DNA of 64,000 nt from Callorhinchus milii (lineage: Eukaryota), in assembly GCF_018977255.1 (NCBI RefSeq), contig NW_024704756.1, forward strand, positions 13,578,001 through 13,642,000, given 5' to 3'. The notes under the pieces were generated by a model, which had not been told where the DNA came from, did not search any database, and was given only the letters and a program-made list of their open reading frames with translations. The translations under genes were made by a program, and so were the position numbers. How positions within the stretch are numbered: the stretch's first letter is position 1; each line of letters begins with the position of its first letter. Below, piece after piece: positions 23,841 through 36,690 of the stretch.

Positions 23841-26779
23841 AATAATGTACATAAACCAAAACTCACACCATCACGAGCAGCAAATGAAAAGGATCCAAAT
23901 CCTCATTCACACAGTACCGTTACAAAACTTAACACGTTTGAATCATCCACCACCTTCTTCAAATAATGACTAAAATTATTTTAAAAAATTTAATTTGTCA
24001 TATTCTAGATTCAAACAATTGAAAATGTGGATTAAATTTCTTGCAACACTCTCTTTCATTGTATGTGTTTGCAAAGTATATAATTTACTCAAGTGCACGC
24101 AAATTTTAAAAGTACAATTCATTTCCTATGTATTTCCACTGCATATTAAACAACTGTGAATGTCTGGAGAGCAAAAATCCTGAAAAATGTTAACTAGATT
24201 ACATGGACACTAATGTTTATTGTCAGCATTATGTACCCAGTTTTGTATTCTTTTTTTAAAAAAAACTCATTGGAATATAAATGTGGTTTGGCAATGTACT
24301 GGAACATAGGAACAGGCCATTCAGCCTGTCAATTCTGTTCAACCATTTTATTACGTCATGGCAGATGATTTTCCCTCTGGGATAGTGCCTTCCACATTCG
24401 CACACCCTTCACTTGGACACCCAAAGACAACCAAATTCAAGTACCTAAGTGTTTTATCCCTTCCAATTTTAATCCCTGATCTCTTGAAGGCACTAATTTA
24501 AACTGAAGTACAGTGACAGAGGCACAGTATCTCACCATTCTTCACATGTGAGCCGAAACAATGGAGTGTCAAGTAAGCTGTCCCATCCATAAGGAGTAGG
24601 TGGCACTGATGTTGAGGATAATTATAGTTTTCCCATCAGTTTGACTTGCGATCAGCAAGCTCAGCGCAGAGCAAGAATCAAACATGAGACTGACCCAGTC
24701 TGAATAATCACATGGCACAGTGCATTTAATTATTAAGGTGTGAAGGTGCGTTGTTGAACTATTCAAACAGTTTATACAATTGCCAGAATCCTAAGGTTGT
24801 GTTACACTCTCAAATTACTTCTCTATTGGTCTGCTATTATGATTATTAATAGCATATATTTTATACAAAAAACATTTTGTAATTGTGTTCAATGGTTACC
24901 ATTCTGATTTCAACCTATGTCTCTCTTCCTCACATTCGCTTTGTGTGCCCATACTAAGTTCCTCAACAGGACAGGGCACTGTCAGGACTGGTCTTGGCTG
25001 GATCTGCTCAGGATTGTCTACCAGCCCTTTTGGGCAAAACTTTCTAGTTCTCCTGCACTCTATTCAAGCGCTACGGGGTGCTACCCCATGTAAAGGGCGC
25101 TATATCAATGCAAGTTGTTGTTGTTCTATTCCCTGTGGCACATGAGGTGGTCAAGAGGAACTCCACCCCCCACCCCCCCCCCACCTCCATCAGTTTGTGA
25201 CATCCCACAGTGATGAGGTCTGCAAAAAACAGCTAGTGAGCAAAATACTAGTAGAGAAGTGGTTGGAGTTTTTGTCTGGGGATTTATGGGCATTTCACAA
25301 ACCAGAAAGTCACACATGGAGAGAGTTGGGATTAACACAACAAATCCAGTTTACAAATAAAGCAGATTTAGACACTGCTGTAATTCAAAAGTGATTTTTG
25401 AACAAATGCCCCCAAAAGCCAAAAAAGACCTCTCGCAAGGCATTAAAGAAGAACTGAAATCTATCCCTTTTTATGCATAAACAATCCCGGTGCAAAATTC
25501 CCCCGTGGTGTCTTAATGCAGCCAGAAGTATGCATGATTTATATGTGAAGGCCAAACAAGGACAAAAATGCAGCAAACAGCCACTGGTAAGGTCAGGCCG
25601 GGGTGAAGACGACATGATTCAATGCCGTCTATTATCTGCTTCTCCTCATGTTCTCACCTGCTGTGAGGAAGTCTAATCAACACAAACATCTGTAATTACC
25701 AGCAGTCAGCAGCTAAAATCCCACACTAAGGACTGACAGTAAAAGCAGCAACTGATTCTGACTTTCTAATCATCAGCTCCAGTGCGTACATGCTCGCTTC
25801 CTTAGCTTAACTGTGAGCAAATGGTAGTGCATCAGGTTTGACAACAACACCACCACCAAATTACACTTGTATAATGTACCAAGCTGGTGAGTTAGGTAGG
25901 CATGGCTTAACTTGTTGCCCTCACGGAGAGGACAGTTTTTTACTGGGCCAGGCAGGCTTCTGACGAGCAACAATGCAACGAGTTAAAAGAGGTTTGGCTG
26001 AAGCTATCTGTTTACATCTCCCTTCTAGCTCTGTGACACATTGTGTTGTAATTATATTAAAAATAGAAGCATTCCAAGAAATCAGCAGACAAAAGAATGT
26101 ACAGCAGCAATTCTTTTCTGCCCAGACTCTTAACTAATCGCCGCAGTTCGTTCTGCTTTACATCCCTTTGAAGCCATTTTGGATCGACGTGAAATACTTT
26201 TTTTTAACCCTCTCTCTTCTGTTTTGTTTCATTTCCTTCCTTTTTTTAAAAAAAATTCTCTTCTCTCTCCAACTTTCCCCAGCTAACAGAGGCCCTGCAC
26301 ACCTCTGCCATATTGCGCCAGATCAACAAGCAATTGAAAGTGTGACCAGATGGAGAGGTTGGGTGTGGGTGACTTGCAGTGTTTCATGCTGGTTCTTTAT
26401 TTCTTGCTCAGAAACCTGAACTCAATGAGTATTTCATATGTTTCATATGATAAATAATACCTGCTCTAGCGCCTATAACATCAAAACCTTTTGAAACAAC
26501 AACAACAAATTACATTTGTAAAGCACCTTTCAGGTTAGGAGGACGTCCCAAGGTGCTGGGAAACACGTCATAGTAATCGGTGTCGAGGGCAGTGACTGTG
26601 CATTTGTAGGAAGACAAACTAGCCAGCAAGATCCCATAATCAGCCAATATTCACGGTTCTTATTGGGCTGTTGCCAGCACTATGGATTCCAGTCTGCAGT
26701 ATAATCGGGACAAGACAGGGGAGATAGAACCATTTTCCTTATAAGGGCATCACACACACAAACACTTCCAAATGAATTT

Positions 26780-27110
26780 GTGGAGTCCTGTAGCTCAGTG
26801 GTTAGAGCACTCGCTTTGCAAGCGAGAGACCTGAGTTCAATTCCAGGCACAGGGCGAAACCTTGGGCAAGTTTCCTTACTCCACACAGAGCCTAATAATA
26901 ATCCCTCGAAAAACCAAAAACAATAATAAATTGGTCATATTCAATCTACGACTCTTTGTGGGACATTGCTGTGTGCAATTGTCTGCCGCGTTCGCCCACA
27001 AATATACAGTCAATTCACTTTACAGTGTGTTCTGTGAAGCACTTTGGGACGTCCTCCCGACGTGAAAAGCGCTATATCAAATGCAAGGATTATTTTATTA
27101 TTATTATTAT
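26780..27110 (+). mobile_element. full-length tRNA-Ala-derived SINE (SINE2-1_CM-like)
   Basis: A box TAGCTCAGTGG 26791-26801; anticodon arm CTCGC-TTTGCAA-GCGAG (TGC); B box GAGTTCAATTCC 26833-26844; L2-type tail ending (TTA)n. Confidence 0.93.
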
Positions 27111-28034
27111 AATTTATTCTATCACATTGCGTGATTTGCCACAAGCTTTTTCATGAAGACAGTAGTGTCCCATTAACTGAAGTTAGTGGCTACACTCAAT
27201 CAGTTACCAGGAATAAATGGGGCTGGTGCAAACCGTTTCGGATTTTCAATTACTGCCCATCACTTGAACAGAAATATTCACTTACCAAGTGTTTGTTGGC
27301 ATTGTAATGTACTGAGTGTTAATTAAAACACTCTCAAAACAGTGTTTGGCACAAGTAGGTGATTTATAGCTCAAACCAGCAAAACAGTCTCTTAGATAGT
27401 TGACGGCCTATTATATATAGATTGGAAAGGACTACCTTGAACTGTGACATGCTGTTGAACTGGTCTTTGCCAATTCAAGGCTGTTTTTCACATTACCCGC
27501 CCATTATAACCTCCATTCTTGGAAACGGCAAATACTTAGTCAGAATGATGCCCAATCCTTACATCAAACCTGCCATGTGTAAGCTTAATAAATAATCAAA
27601 ATGTGAGACCTGTTTATGGCGGATGCTCCAGCACAGTGTTATCAGATGGCAATCTGTGTTCTCACTGTTCAGTTTGACACTTTTACTGTTTGACTACATG
27701 CTGATCTATGATACCACCATAAAATGCAAAGTGTAACTCGAGACACGACCTTTGCCGCTGTAAGTAAAATTATAGAGTCTGTAGAATAATTCATTGTCTC
27801 AAGTATCTCCAAAGAACACAGATCACTTTTCACAGATTTGACAAAGAGTGACTTTGGATGATAAAATGGACTTTGACATTCAAGAACCCCATAGGAACAG
27901 CCATTTAACTCCCAGCTAATACAGTTTTTGTGTGTATGTGTGCGATGTCTGTATATGCAGAGAAACATTCATTCTTGATCAGTGACCTACGGAGAGAAAA
28001 TTTGGACTTTAATTCAATTTATCAGTGACCTAGC

Positions 28035-28110
28035 ACCCTCCACGCAGGGTAACATCTCAAAGCGCTTAACAGTGGTGGAGCCTGACTCCGAGCCGGAGGG
28101 GCTGTGGGAG
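28035..28110 (-). mobile_element. L2 3' stub
   Basis: Nearly identical to 12938-13005. Confidence 0.8.
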
Positions 28111-28389
28111 GTGACTGTAAGCACAACTGAAGAGGAAACTAATATGGTACAGACTAATAATGGACTTTTACATCTGTTTTACTGCTCTATTTTGATATTT
28201 TAGACTGTTTTAAGAGAAACACATATGTGATAAATATGTTACTCAAGCAAACATTCCAAACAATTCTGATCCTCACATTGCTTTACTGAATCTATTAGGA
28301 CTGATTCGTATCACTGATGAGTACCATCACTGGCAAAACACTCAAACTGAACATAGAGCAGTTGTTGGGAACACCAAAAAGATCTGCAG

Positions 28390-28758
28390 AGGGTTGTGGG
28401 TTCAAACCCCACAGTGGGGACTTTAGGCTCATAGTCTAGACTGAGGTTCCAGTGCAATGCTATACGAGATCTGCATTGTTGGAGGTCCTGTTCTTTGGAT
28501 GAGACATTAAACTAATGTCCCATCTGACTGTTCAGATGGACAATAAGGATCCCACCGCTTGAAAAGAGAAGGGGGCTTCTCCTGATATCCTGGCCAACAA
28601 TCTTCCCAGATTAAAAATGTGGTCGTTTGCTTCATGGCCATTTGCTGTGCACAAATTGGCTGCTGTGTCGCCTACAACTTTACACAGTCACTATGTTTTA
28701 CAGAAACGTTTGGTCTGTTTCAGTGCGATATCAAACACAAGGATTCGTATTCTTATTA
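28390..28758 (+). mobile_element. Deu-domain SINE
   Basis: GGTTGTGGGTTCAAACCCC head, GATGAGACATTAAAC core, shared tail. Confidence 0.8.
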
Positions 28759-29974
28759 CAATACTGTACTTCACAGCAACAAAGCCTGAAAGTGCAGTAC
28801 CTTGGCAAGCTCGGCCATTGATCTCTTTCTGTACCATGCATCATTATTCTGAACAAAACGACATTGATGGAGCTTAGAAAATACAACAAAGAAAAATGAT
28901 ACTTCAAGTTCAGGATCAATCCGAAGCATCTCTGAGAAATAGCCAAAAAACTTCAACTTTTCAGTTACCAGTTATTATAAGGACACAGAAATGATTACTG
29001 TAATCCACTTGGGTGGTCATTGCACTCATTTGTGATAAAAACTAAAGCCAAGAAAATGGAAAAAAATCAGAAGCGATCCATGAGAATAGTTTTACCTACA
29101 CGGGTGGTTGGGGTAGAAGGGGGTTGAACATGAACGCCAATATAAAATCTGATAACACAGATTTGCCATCAACAGAATCTCAATGTAATGTGGTAATTCC
29201 TGCAATTTCTCCGATATGTTTCCATGTCCACATGTAATGTTTGCTTTGGCTCACTGAGTTGCTATGCAATTAATTTGCTTTTTGCATTATCAGATATGCA
29301 GTTAAGTAGCGTTGAGTGCAATGAGATTATTGAAAGGATTTTTTTTTTGCCCAGCTTTGCAATGAATACTTAGGTTCACATTAACTTATTTAACTTATTA
29401 ACACAGTTCAAATTAATTTATTTTTAAACTAAAGTCGTGCTCATCGAGGTACGTACGTACGCATATGGTTTCTCTGTGGGAGATGCTTCTGTTCTGAGCT
29501 TTGATTTATGTTAAAAAGAATCAATCAAGATGTCCCCTGGTAAAAAAAAAATCCTACCAGATTTCATAAACGTGGACAAGATGTTAATAAAAATCAGGCA
29601 GAATTTTTTTTACCGGGAAAGGACTCTTCTTTCAATTCCCATACGTTTTACGGTCTTTCACGATGGCAACAATTTAAACTCATAATTATCACATTAAACC
29701 TGCTCAGAAGCATTGCAATTTTCACCTCTACGTGTGGAGTCGAGTGGCCTGGCCCTTTAAGCAAAATCATCCCACTGTAAATTAATGATGTTGTGTTGGC
29801 AGAGACGCCAGCGTTTGCCAGGCAGTATTTTTTTTTGCTGCTGTGAGCTTTTCGTGACCTACCATCTGGAACAGAGATACAGGTAAAAATTACTTTGTTT
29901 TCCCTGATTTCCCAATGAGGTACATATTAACTGTCTCCTTCATGGTGTGACAGACGCTCTGCATCCCATCCCAT

Positions 29975-29978
<4 letters not shown>

Positions 29979-30008
<30 letters not shown>
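29979..30008. repeat. (CT)n microsatellite
   Basis: Direct reading. Confidence 0.9.
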
Positions 30009-30011
<3 letters not shown>

Positions 30012-31604
30012 AATGTCCTTTGGGAGTATACACTTCCAATCCCACTAATGGTTCAATGGGATGTCTGCAGTACAGTGGGTATATGTGGCCAATTGACACA
30101 GTGTATATTGTCTGTCATCACTTGTGTTCTGCCAGCCTCTGTGCACCTGTTAATACAGTGTTTTGGAGAGGGTCTTTCCCCAGCTACAGACCCTACTTTG
30201 AACTACGTTTGAACTCAGTGCACCTGAATATGTAGGAAGAGATAATCTGAAAAGGAAAAGCTCTCTGTCAACTACAGGAACATTTTTGTAACCCAAAGGC
30301 AAAGCACTTTTCTGGCTCCAAGAGCAGTTACTATCTATCAGTCTAGTCAACACCTAAAAGGGTAATGGTCCTGTCAGACTGATGATTAATAGTTATTTGT
30401 CTACTCACCATTCAACTGGAATAAAGCTGTAGACAAGTAAGAGCAAAGCAAGTACTAAAGTATGGTGTGTGTAACTGTTAACTCACTTATATCNAAAAAA
30501 ATGATTTAAGTGTTTTTATTTTTGATCCCGAAGCTTCAAATTGCCTTGATTACATTTATAACTGTTGTCAGTAAAGTTATATGTGAGTGTATGCCATCGT
30601 ACGGCTAAAAGTTAACCACTGACACCTGGGAATCAAACACAAGCCTCAGTAAAATCATCTCTGACCTTCAGTAATAAAGTGCACACCACTGTATTTTGCA
30701 CTCAAACCTGCCACAGAGGAGCAGACTGAAAGGCTCAACAACAGAGCAAGGAATCTAATAGAAAACAAATCGTTGCTGTACAAGACCCAGAATAAATATA
30801 CAGTAAAGACAGGGATTCTTCAACAGAGACATGGTAAATAGGGAGAGTGAATCATATCCATAACAGTGGCCTTTACCCAAATTACACATCGAAAGATATG
30901 AGTGCTTCAGAATATTGTATTTATCAAGCCCCTGGGCTCCTGTTTCCTGGATGGATGAACTCTGGGTCTAATGGGTAATTTTCTTTATTTTTAGCAAAAT
31001 CCTACAATGAATTGACCTGATTTTGGCGTTTCTAATCTGCTGATTAAAACCTGACACCGCTTTGATTTACTGACTACGTTGAAGCAGTTTTGCTGTAACA
31101 GTGGCTGAATCAAAGCGGCCAGTGAGCAAAAATCTCTGCAAAAAAAAAAACAGCACGGTTTGAGAGGATTACAATAAAGATCGTTCACGCTCCCGGGACT
31201 GGCTTTTATCTTCAGAATCATTGAGACTCGCCAAGATATCTCAGCAAAGGTGGCCGTAGAAATCCATTTGTCGCCACGTCAAACACAAGGATTTACTGTT
31301 ATTATTTCAGTATCATTCATGTACTCCAGAACAGGCTATAGTGCTGCAGGTGTTGTGTTTGTCTTCAGGATGAGAATGGCATCAAGTGCTATGATAGTTA
31401 TCTCCCAGATCAATCATCCTTGGTGCTTAAATATTATTTGGGGGGGGGGGGGGAGGAAAAAAAGGGTTCTGGGACTTGTTGATGTGCCTTTATATTCATT
31501 TAGAAAAGACGTGTGTGTAATTTCTTTGCTCCTTCTTGTACTCACCGTCTGCTCTTTCATGGTAATGATCCACCAACTGCTCTTGACAGCTTTGTGGGTA
31601 AAAC

Positions 31605-31800
31605 AGGTTGCAAAATGCTGAGCCGGACCCCAACCCCGGGTTCAATCGCTGGTCTGTGCTGAAATACTGTAACTGATCTCAGCAAGAAGTGGAGAACTGC
31701 ATTGGGCTTCAGTACCTCGAGGGATATGGAAATGGAAATGAACCACAATCCCAGTCCTGACCACTATTCAATAACTGCTGCTGGAAGTCGATGTTGATGC
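31605..31800 (+). mobile_element. family-3 SINE 5' half
   Basis: GGGTTCAATCGCTGGTCTGTGCTGAA...CTGATCTCAGC. Confidence 0.65.
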
Positions 31801-32603
31801 CCTGTTTCCACTTGTTGGCCAGTCCACAACGAGAGGCATTAATACAACGAATGGCTCGTTGTACATCTACTGGGGGATTTGAGGGAAAGGGAGGAGGTTT
31901 CTTCTCACAGGTGGGTGGGTGGGTGGAGTGTCGCCATGAACGAGACAGGAAAAACACGCTTCACTGTGGAGTGTGTATTTAAGATGAAAAAAAAATCCGA
32001 TGCATGGACAAGGGAAAAGCAAATAGGACGATTTGAGGCTGGTGGGGGAATTTAAGGCCCAGCACAGACTAGATTATTTATATGAATCATTCCTACATAT
32101 AGATTATTCCAAATGTATTGAAAATCAGGGTTAATTTGCAACAACAAAAAAACACCTGTCCTCTTGTCCCACTTACATCCAGAAGTTCAAACCAATGCAT
32201 AGAAGCACTTGCAATCCCCAGGGGAAACCCATCACTGTTGGCTCTTTTAAAATAAGAATAAAATATCGTCAACAGGAAGACCTGTTAATTAAATCACTGC
32301 TGAGCCTGGATGTTGTAGGTTAACTTCACGGTGCCAGTCTAATCCTTTAACACTGCCTCCCACTCCACAATATACAGCTGTTTATTTTCCTCTTGTCATC
32401 CAAGCATGTTGAGCGTTTGCAGGACTGGGAGCCCCCATTATAAATAGAAACTCATTCTGCTTCTGCGCCTTTTGCTTTTTTACTCGATGCATCTGGGAAT
32501 ATCGTCGACAGGAATCCTTGATCCGCTGTGATGTGGGTGGCAGTCTCTCGTGATCAAATCAAAGCAATTGAATGTCTCGAATGCACACCACATTCTACTC
32601 CAT

Positions 32604-32703
32604 GGTTTCGCCTTCAAACTATACAGTCAATCCACTTTGTAGTATATTCTGTGAAACGACGTGCTAAGGCTCTATATCAAATGCAAGGACTATTATTATT
32701 ATT
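32604..32703 (+). mobile_element. SINE 3' tail starting at GGTTTCGCC
   Basis: Shared tail with an internal deletion. Confidence 0.8.
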
Positions 32704-33789
32704 TCTCATCCTCCTCAATTGATTTAATTGCCAAACATTCCCTCTTGAAACTGCTGCTAAAATTGTGGAGAAATCCACCTAAGTCTAGATTTACTCTATT
32801 TATGTAACATGTCAAAGCATCTAGAATTTAACAAATTCTTAAATCCTGCTTTTAATTTTGATGTCACTTTGCCGTAAATTTCTTTTAACAACTGCAGGAA
32901 GAAAGCTACAGAACTAAGCTACAGCTTTCAGAGTTAAGACTGAATTCAACAATTTACCTACATCCTGGACACCCTGAAATGCTATATAAATAGAGTAAAT
33001 ATAGACCCAGGTGGATGTTTTCACAAATGTTTCTCACAGTGTCCCTGTGGTAGTCCATTCCACATGTATTCACCGCTCTCTGTAAAGTAATTAAATCTAA
33101 GCTGTCTGTCCACCTTCCCTCTTCCCTCTTCCGAGTTCGACTCCGTGGCCCCCTGGTGTAGTTTGTGAATATCTTAAACGTGTTGTTGGTATATCTCCTT
33201 TTTACACCTTGTCAGCACTAACATAAGTATGTTCGTGACTTTACTTGTAAACGTAACCCATTACACTCGTTCAATGTCAGTCATTTTACTGGTGGATATT
33301 CAGAGTTGTCTGTGAATGGAAGTAAAGCCAGTCAACTTTTTGCACAGCCTATTAGAGAGAGGCCAGCATGTGATAATCATTTGTGTGAGTTACTTCTACA
33401 AGCTAATGCTTAGGAAGACATTTACATCTAGTCATTCTCCTGCATTAATGCATTTGATGGCAGCTTTGTGACACCTTAGAAAACCGTCAGCAGCTTGTAC
33501 ATTACTGTATTCACTGCTAATAGCAAAGTCAACAGTTGAAGTGTTTGAACTTTGGTTGAAGTAATAGCTGAGCAAACATGTTGTGTTTTTCAGCGACCAT
33601 TTACGCCATTTCCTTTTCTAGTCAGTGGAAAATAACTTCCTTCAGCGTCTTACTGCCGCTTATCTACCATCTGATTCCAAATCTCCCGCTTCCATCTATC
33701 AAACTGCAACTTTGACAAAATAAAATACAATGTTCCTTTTGTCAGTGTTAAAGAGCTCGGCTTCTGCAACATTTACATCATTCTAATCC

Positions 33790-33955
33790 TTTCAATCCAC
33801 GACTGTTTGTGGGACACTGCCGTGCACAATTGGCTGCCGCGTTTTGCCCACAAAATATATAGTCAATTCACTTTACAGTACATTCTGTGAAGCGCTTTGA
33901 GACATTTCAAAGACGTGATAAGGCGCTATATCAAATGCAAGGATTATTATTATTT
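33790..33955 (+). mobile_element. SINE 3' half
   Basis: TCAATCCACGACTGTTTGTGGGAC...ATGCAAGGATTATT. Confidence 0.88.
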
Positions 33956-34964
33956 ATATTATTTTCACAGTCCCTCAATGAGCAAACCGAGCAAGCCTAC
34001 GTTAACCTCTCAGCCTACTCCCCAACCAAATTCCCCCCTCACCACTCACCCACACACACACACACTCAAACACACACTCCCCAAGAGAAATTGAAATAAA
34101 AAATAAAAGTAAAAAAAAAAGATGAGAATCCTTGCATTCACAATTATTCAATCGGTGTACTATTCATAATGAAAGTGCAAGGTTTTCTCTTTGTATTCAA
34201 AAGGTGAGTAAAGATAAACCATGGTGTAGGAAACAACTACCTATAGAGAGAGGAGAGATCAGGACCATAACGGCCACTTATATTTATGCACATGGAGTCC
34301 ATGGAACGTGTTCTCAATAAGGTAGGCTGCCAGGTAAATAGCTGGGATGGATGGAAGGCATCTTAGAATCTGGAAGTTAGGCAGATTTGCTGTACGAAAT
34401 GAGATTCATCTCAAATTACACACTAATCTAATATACTTTTTGCAGAATAAATGTTCCTTGAAAGGGATTCGGCTGTAAAGTACTGCAGAACTGGTGTGAA
34501 ATTGTGCTGGAACCACATTCTAATGACGCTGTTGATATCTTTTGGCAGTGTGAAATGGAGCTTAGTGCTGCCGAATCAAACAATGGCTCAAGAGCGTGGG
34601 GAAGGAAAAAGAGACAGTGGTGTGGTTAGCAACACACTGAAACAAAGGCTGAGTTCAAAGGCTTACCATTGGAACCACTTGAACAAATCAACTAGAAAAT
34701 TATGCGGATAATGTTGGAGCACTTTGTAACAGATTCAAAATGTTAGCATATCCATTTTGAAATGTGACATGTGTCTCCCGGTATCTTTTTGCGTATTATT
34801 CTCTTTCTGTTCATTTTTTTTGATGATGATTTGGATCAAACAGGCTTGTAGAGTTTGGTGGTTTGAGGGAGTTGAATTGGAATTGAATATTGACGTACTC
34901 TGGGCAAGTGACTATTCATGCTGAGGCAAGAGTTAACTTGTAACATATTTTTTTTTAAATTCTC

Positions 34965-35470
34965 TTCCTATTAACTTCCTCCCTCTTTCCTGAGGTGCCA
35001 ATCCATCAGAATATCAGAAAATATAGGGATGAGAAAAGCTCATTCAACCCAGAGAACCTCATTCAATCCTTTTAGCTCATGTTAAGCCTGAAATCATTGA
35101 TACGATACTATTCTGTAGTCACTGGGCAGGCTGCATTAACTCACCCAAGTGACATTCTTCTTGCGAATCCAGATAGTGAGTGTTGACAGACAACTTGAGC
35201 ATTGGAGGTATCACACAGAAGGCAGATCTTGTCAATTCTGTGCCCACACAAGGTGTACTTTTGAATAGGAGGTCACTGGATAGAAACCAGGAGTGGGAGT
35301 CTGGCTGATGTTTTCTCTCCTCCTAACCCAAGACATTCAGGTCAATAGCAGCGCATCGGTTGAATAGCTGAATTCAGCACAGGCCAGGAATTGAACCCAA
35401 AACTTTCGAGGCCATTGTGGCTCATTTCTGCTGAGTGGATAGTGTCTTTACTAGGTGAGCCATCAAGAGG
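34965..35470 (-). mobile_element. family-3 SINE, near full length, degenerate
   Basis: Reverse complement of the family-3 body and head (TCAGCACAGGCCAGGAATTGAACC). Confidence 0.65.
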
Positions 35471-36029
35471 AGCAAGCTTTTGATTTTTAAAGGAATAATA
35501 ACGGCGGCATATCCTCTTTAATAATTCAGTCGGCACAAGAGCACTGCTGCTTTAAGGCAATATAACCATTTAAGCAGTGAATAGATTAAACATGGCTCCT
35601 TCATTTAAAAATAAATTTCATGCTTATATCCAGAATGCAGAGCTATAATAACAAGCCTGACATTTTTGTAACTGAGGCTGCGGCCCAGATCTGACACGTA
35701 TGCAGTAAAACCTTCCACCTTGTCCTTCCTGAGACCTAATGCAGTCTGACTGGCTACACTGCCTGTTGTGTATTTGTCATTCAGCAGTGTTGTGCATTGT
35801 GCATCTAAACTAATGTAATCAACTCCATTACCTGTTCTCTCCCCAGGCAATACATTGCTCTTTATGGAGGCTGGCATGCTTCTGTGATGTTCTCAATCAA
35901 GCATAAACTGTGTTAAAATATTAACTTTACAAGATTTTTTTCACACTGTAATTTCAATCACATATCCCCCACATAGCTGTATTTTTATTAGTTTTTGTAT
36001 TATTATTATAGCTGTACGCACATTTGTTG

Positions 36030-36115
36030 GGGGTGAAAAATGTGATATTTCATAACAGATTCAATGTGTTAAGTACCGCATTCAATCCATTACAAAATTT
36101 TGCATTTTTCACCCC
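36030..36115. repeat. 86-bp imperfect palindrome (mini MITE-like)
   Basis: GGGGTGAAAAATG / CATTTTTCACCCC ends; arms pair over about 39 bp. Confidence 0.8.
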
Positions 36116-36154
36116 ATTATTTAAAATTTGCCATTTTATTTTCTAGGTTTCTAG

Positions 36155-36400
36155 AAGGTTCAAACTCAATTCACAGTCTGGGTGTGCTGAGTTAGCTGAT
36201 CTCAGTATGGGTTAGACAGGATTAGCATGGTCCAATTAGGGTTCCCAGACTAGGCAAGAGAACAAAACCTGCCAGGGTATTATTATCTTCAATAACCCCT
36301 GGGGTTGTTAGACCTGTGTGTGGACAGCAGGTGAGGCCGACTGTGACGACTCCCTGTCCAGTAACTTGTCAACACTCACTATCTGGGTTAACACATGAAG
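36155..36400 (+). mobile_element. family-3 SINE
   Basis: GTGCTGAGTTAGCTGATCTCAG...AACACTCACT...ACACATGAAGAA. Confidence 0.75.
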
Positions 36401-36402
36401 AA

Positions 36403-36690
36403 CTATAGAACATAGGATCATACGAAATGCTCGATGAGAAAAGACCAAGGTCCGTCAGTTCCCCGTCCATTATTCTGGCAGTCGCATGCACATGTCATGT
36501 CCTGAACTACTCATAAATTGTATCCCAAAATATTATTTCCTAAAGGAAACTTATCTAATTTGCATTTGAAAGAATCGACACTTTCTGTTTCCACCGTTTC
36601 CCTTGGGAGCCTGTTCCATAGATTTACCATTCGCTCACTGAAATAGTGTTTGCACAGATTTCTTTTGAATTTACCCCCCTTCAACCACAG
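36403..36690 (-). mobile_element. CR1 LINE ORF2 C-terminus and 3' UTR
   Basis: LKGGKFKRNLCKHYFSERMVNLWNRLPRETVETESVDSFKCKLDKF matches the CR1 ORF2 terminus. Confidence 0.92.

Noticed and set aside
26780-26855. Functional tRNA-Ala gene
   Set aside because: No acceptor stem or T-run terminator; it continues into a multicopy SINE body.
28311-28345. Hammerhead core CTGATGAG...CAAAAC
   Set aside because: GAAA core is broken and I could not form stems I and III.
30494-30494. Ambiguous base n (also at 48899)
   Set aside because: Sequencing uncertainty beside poly-A runs, not biology.
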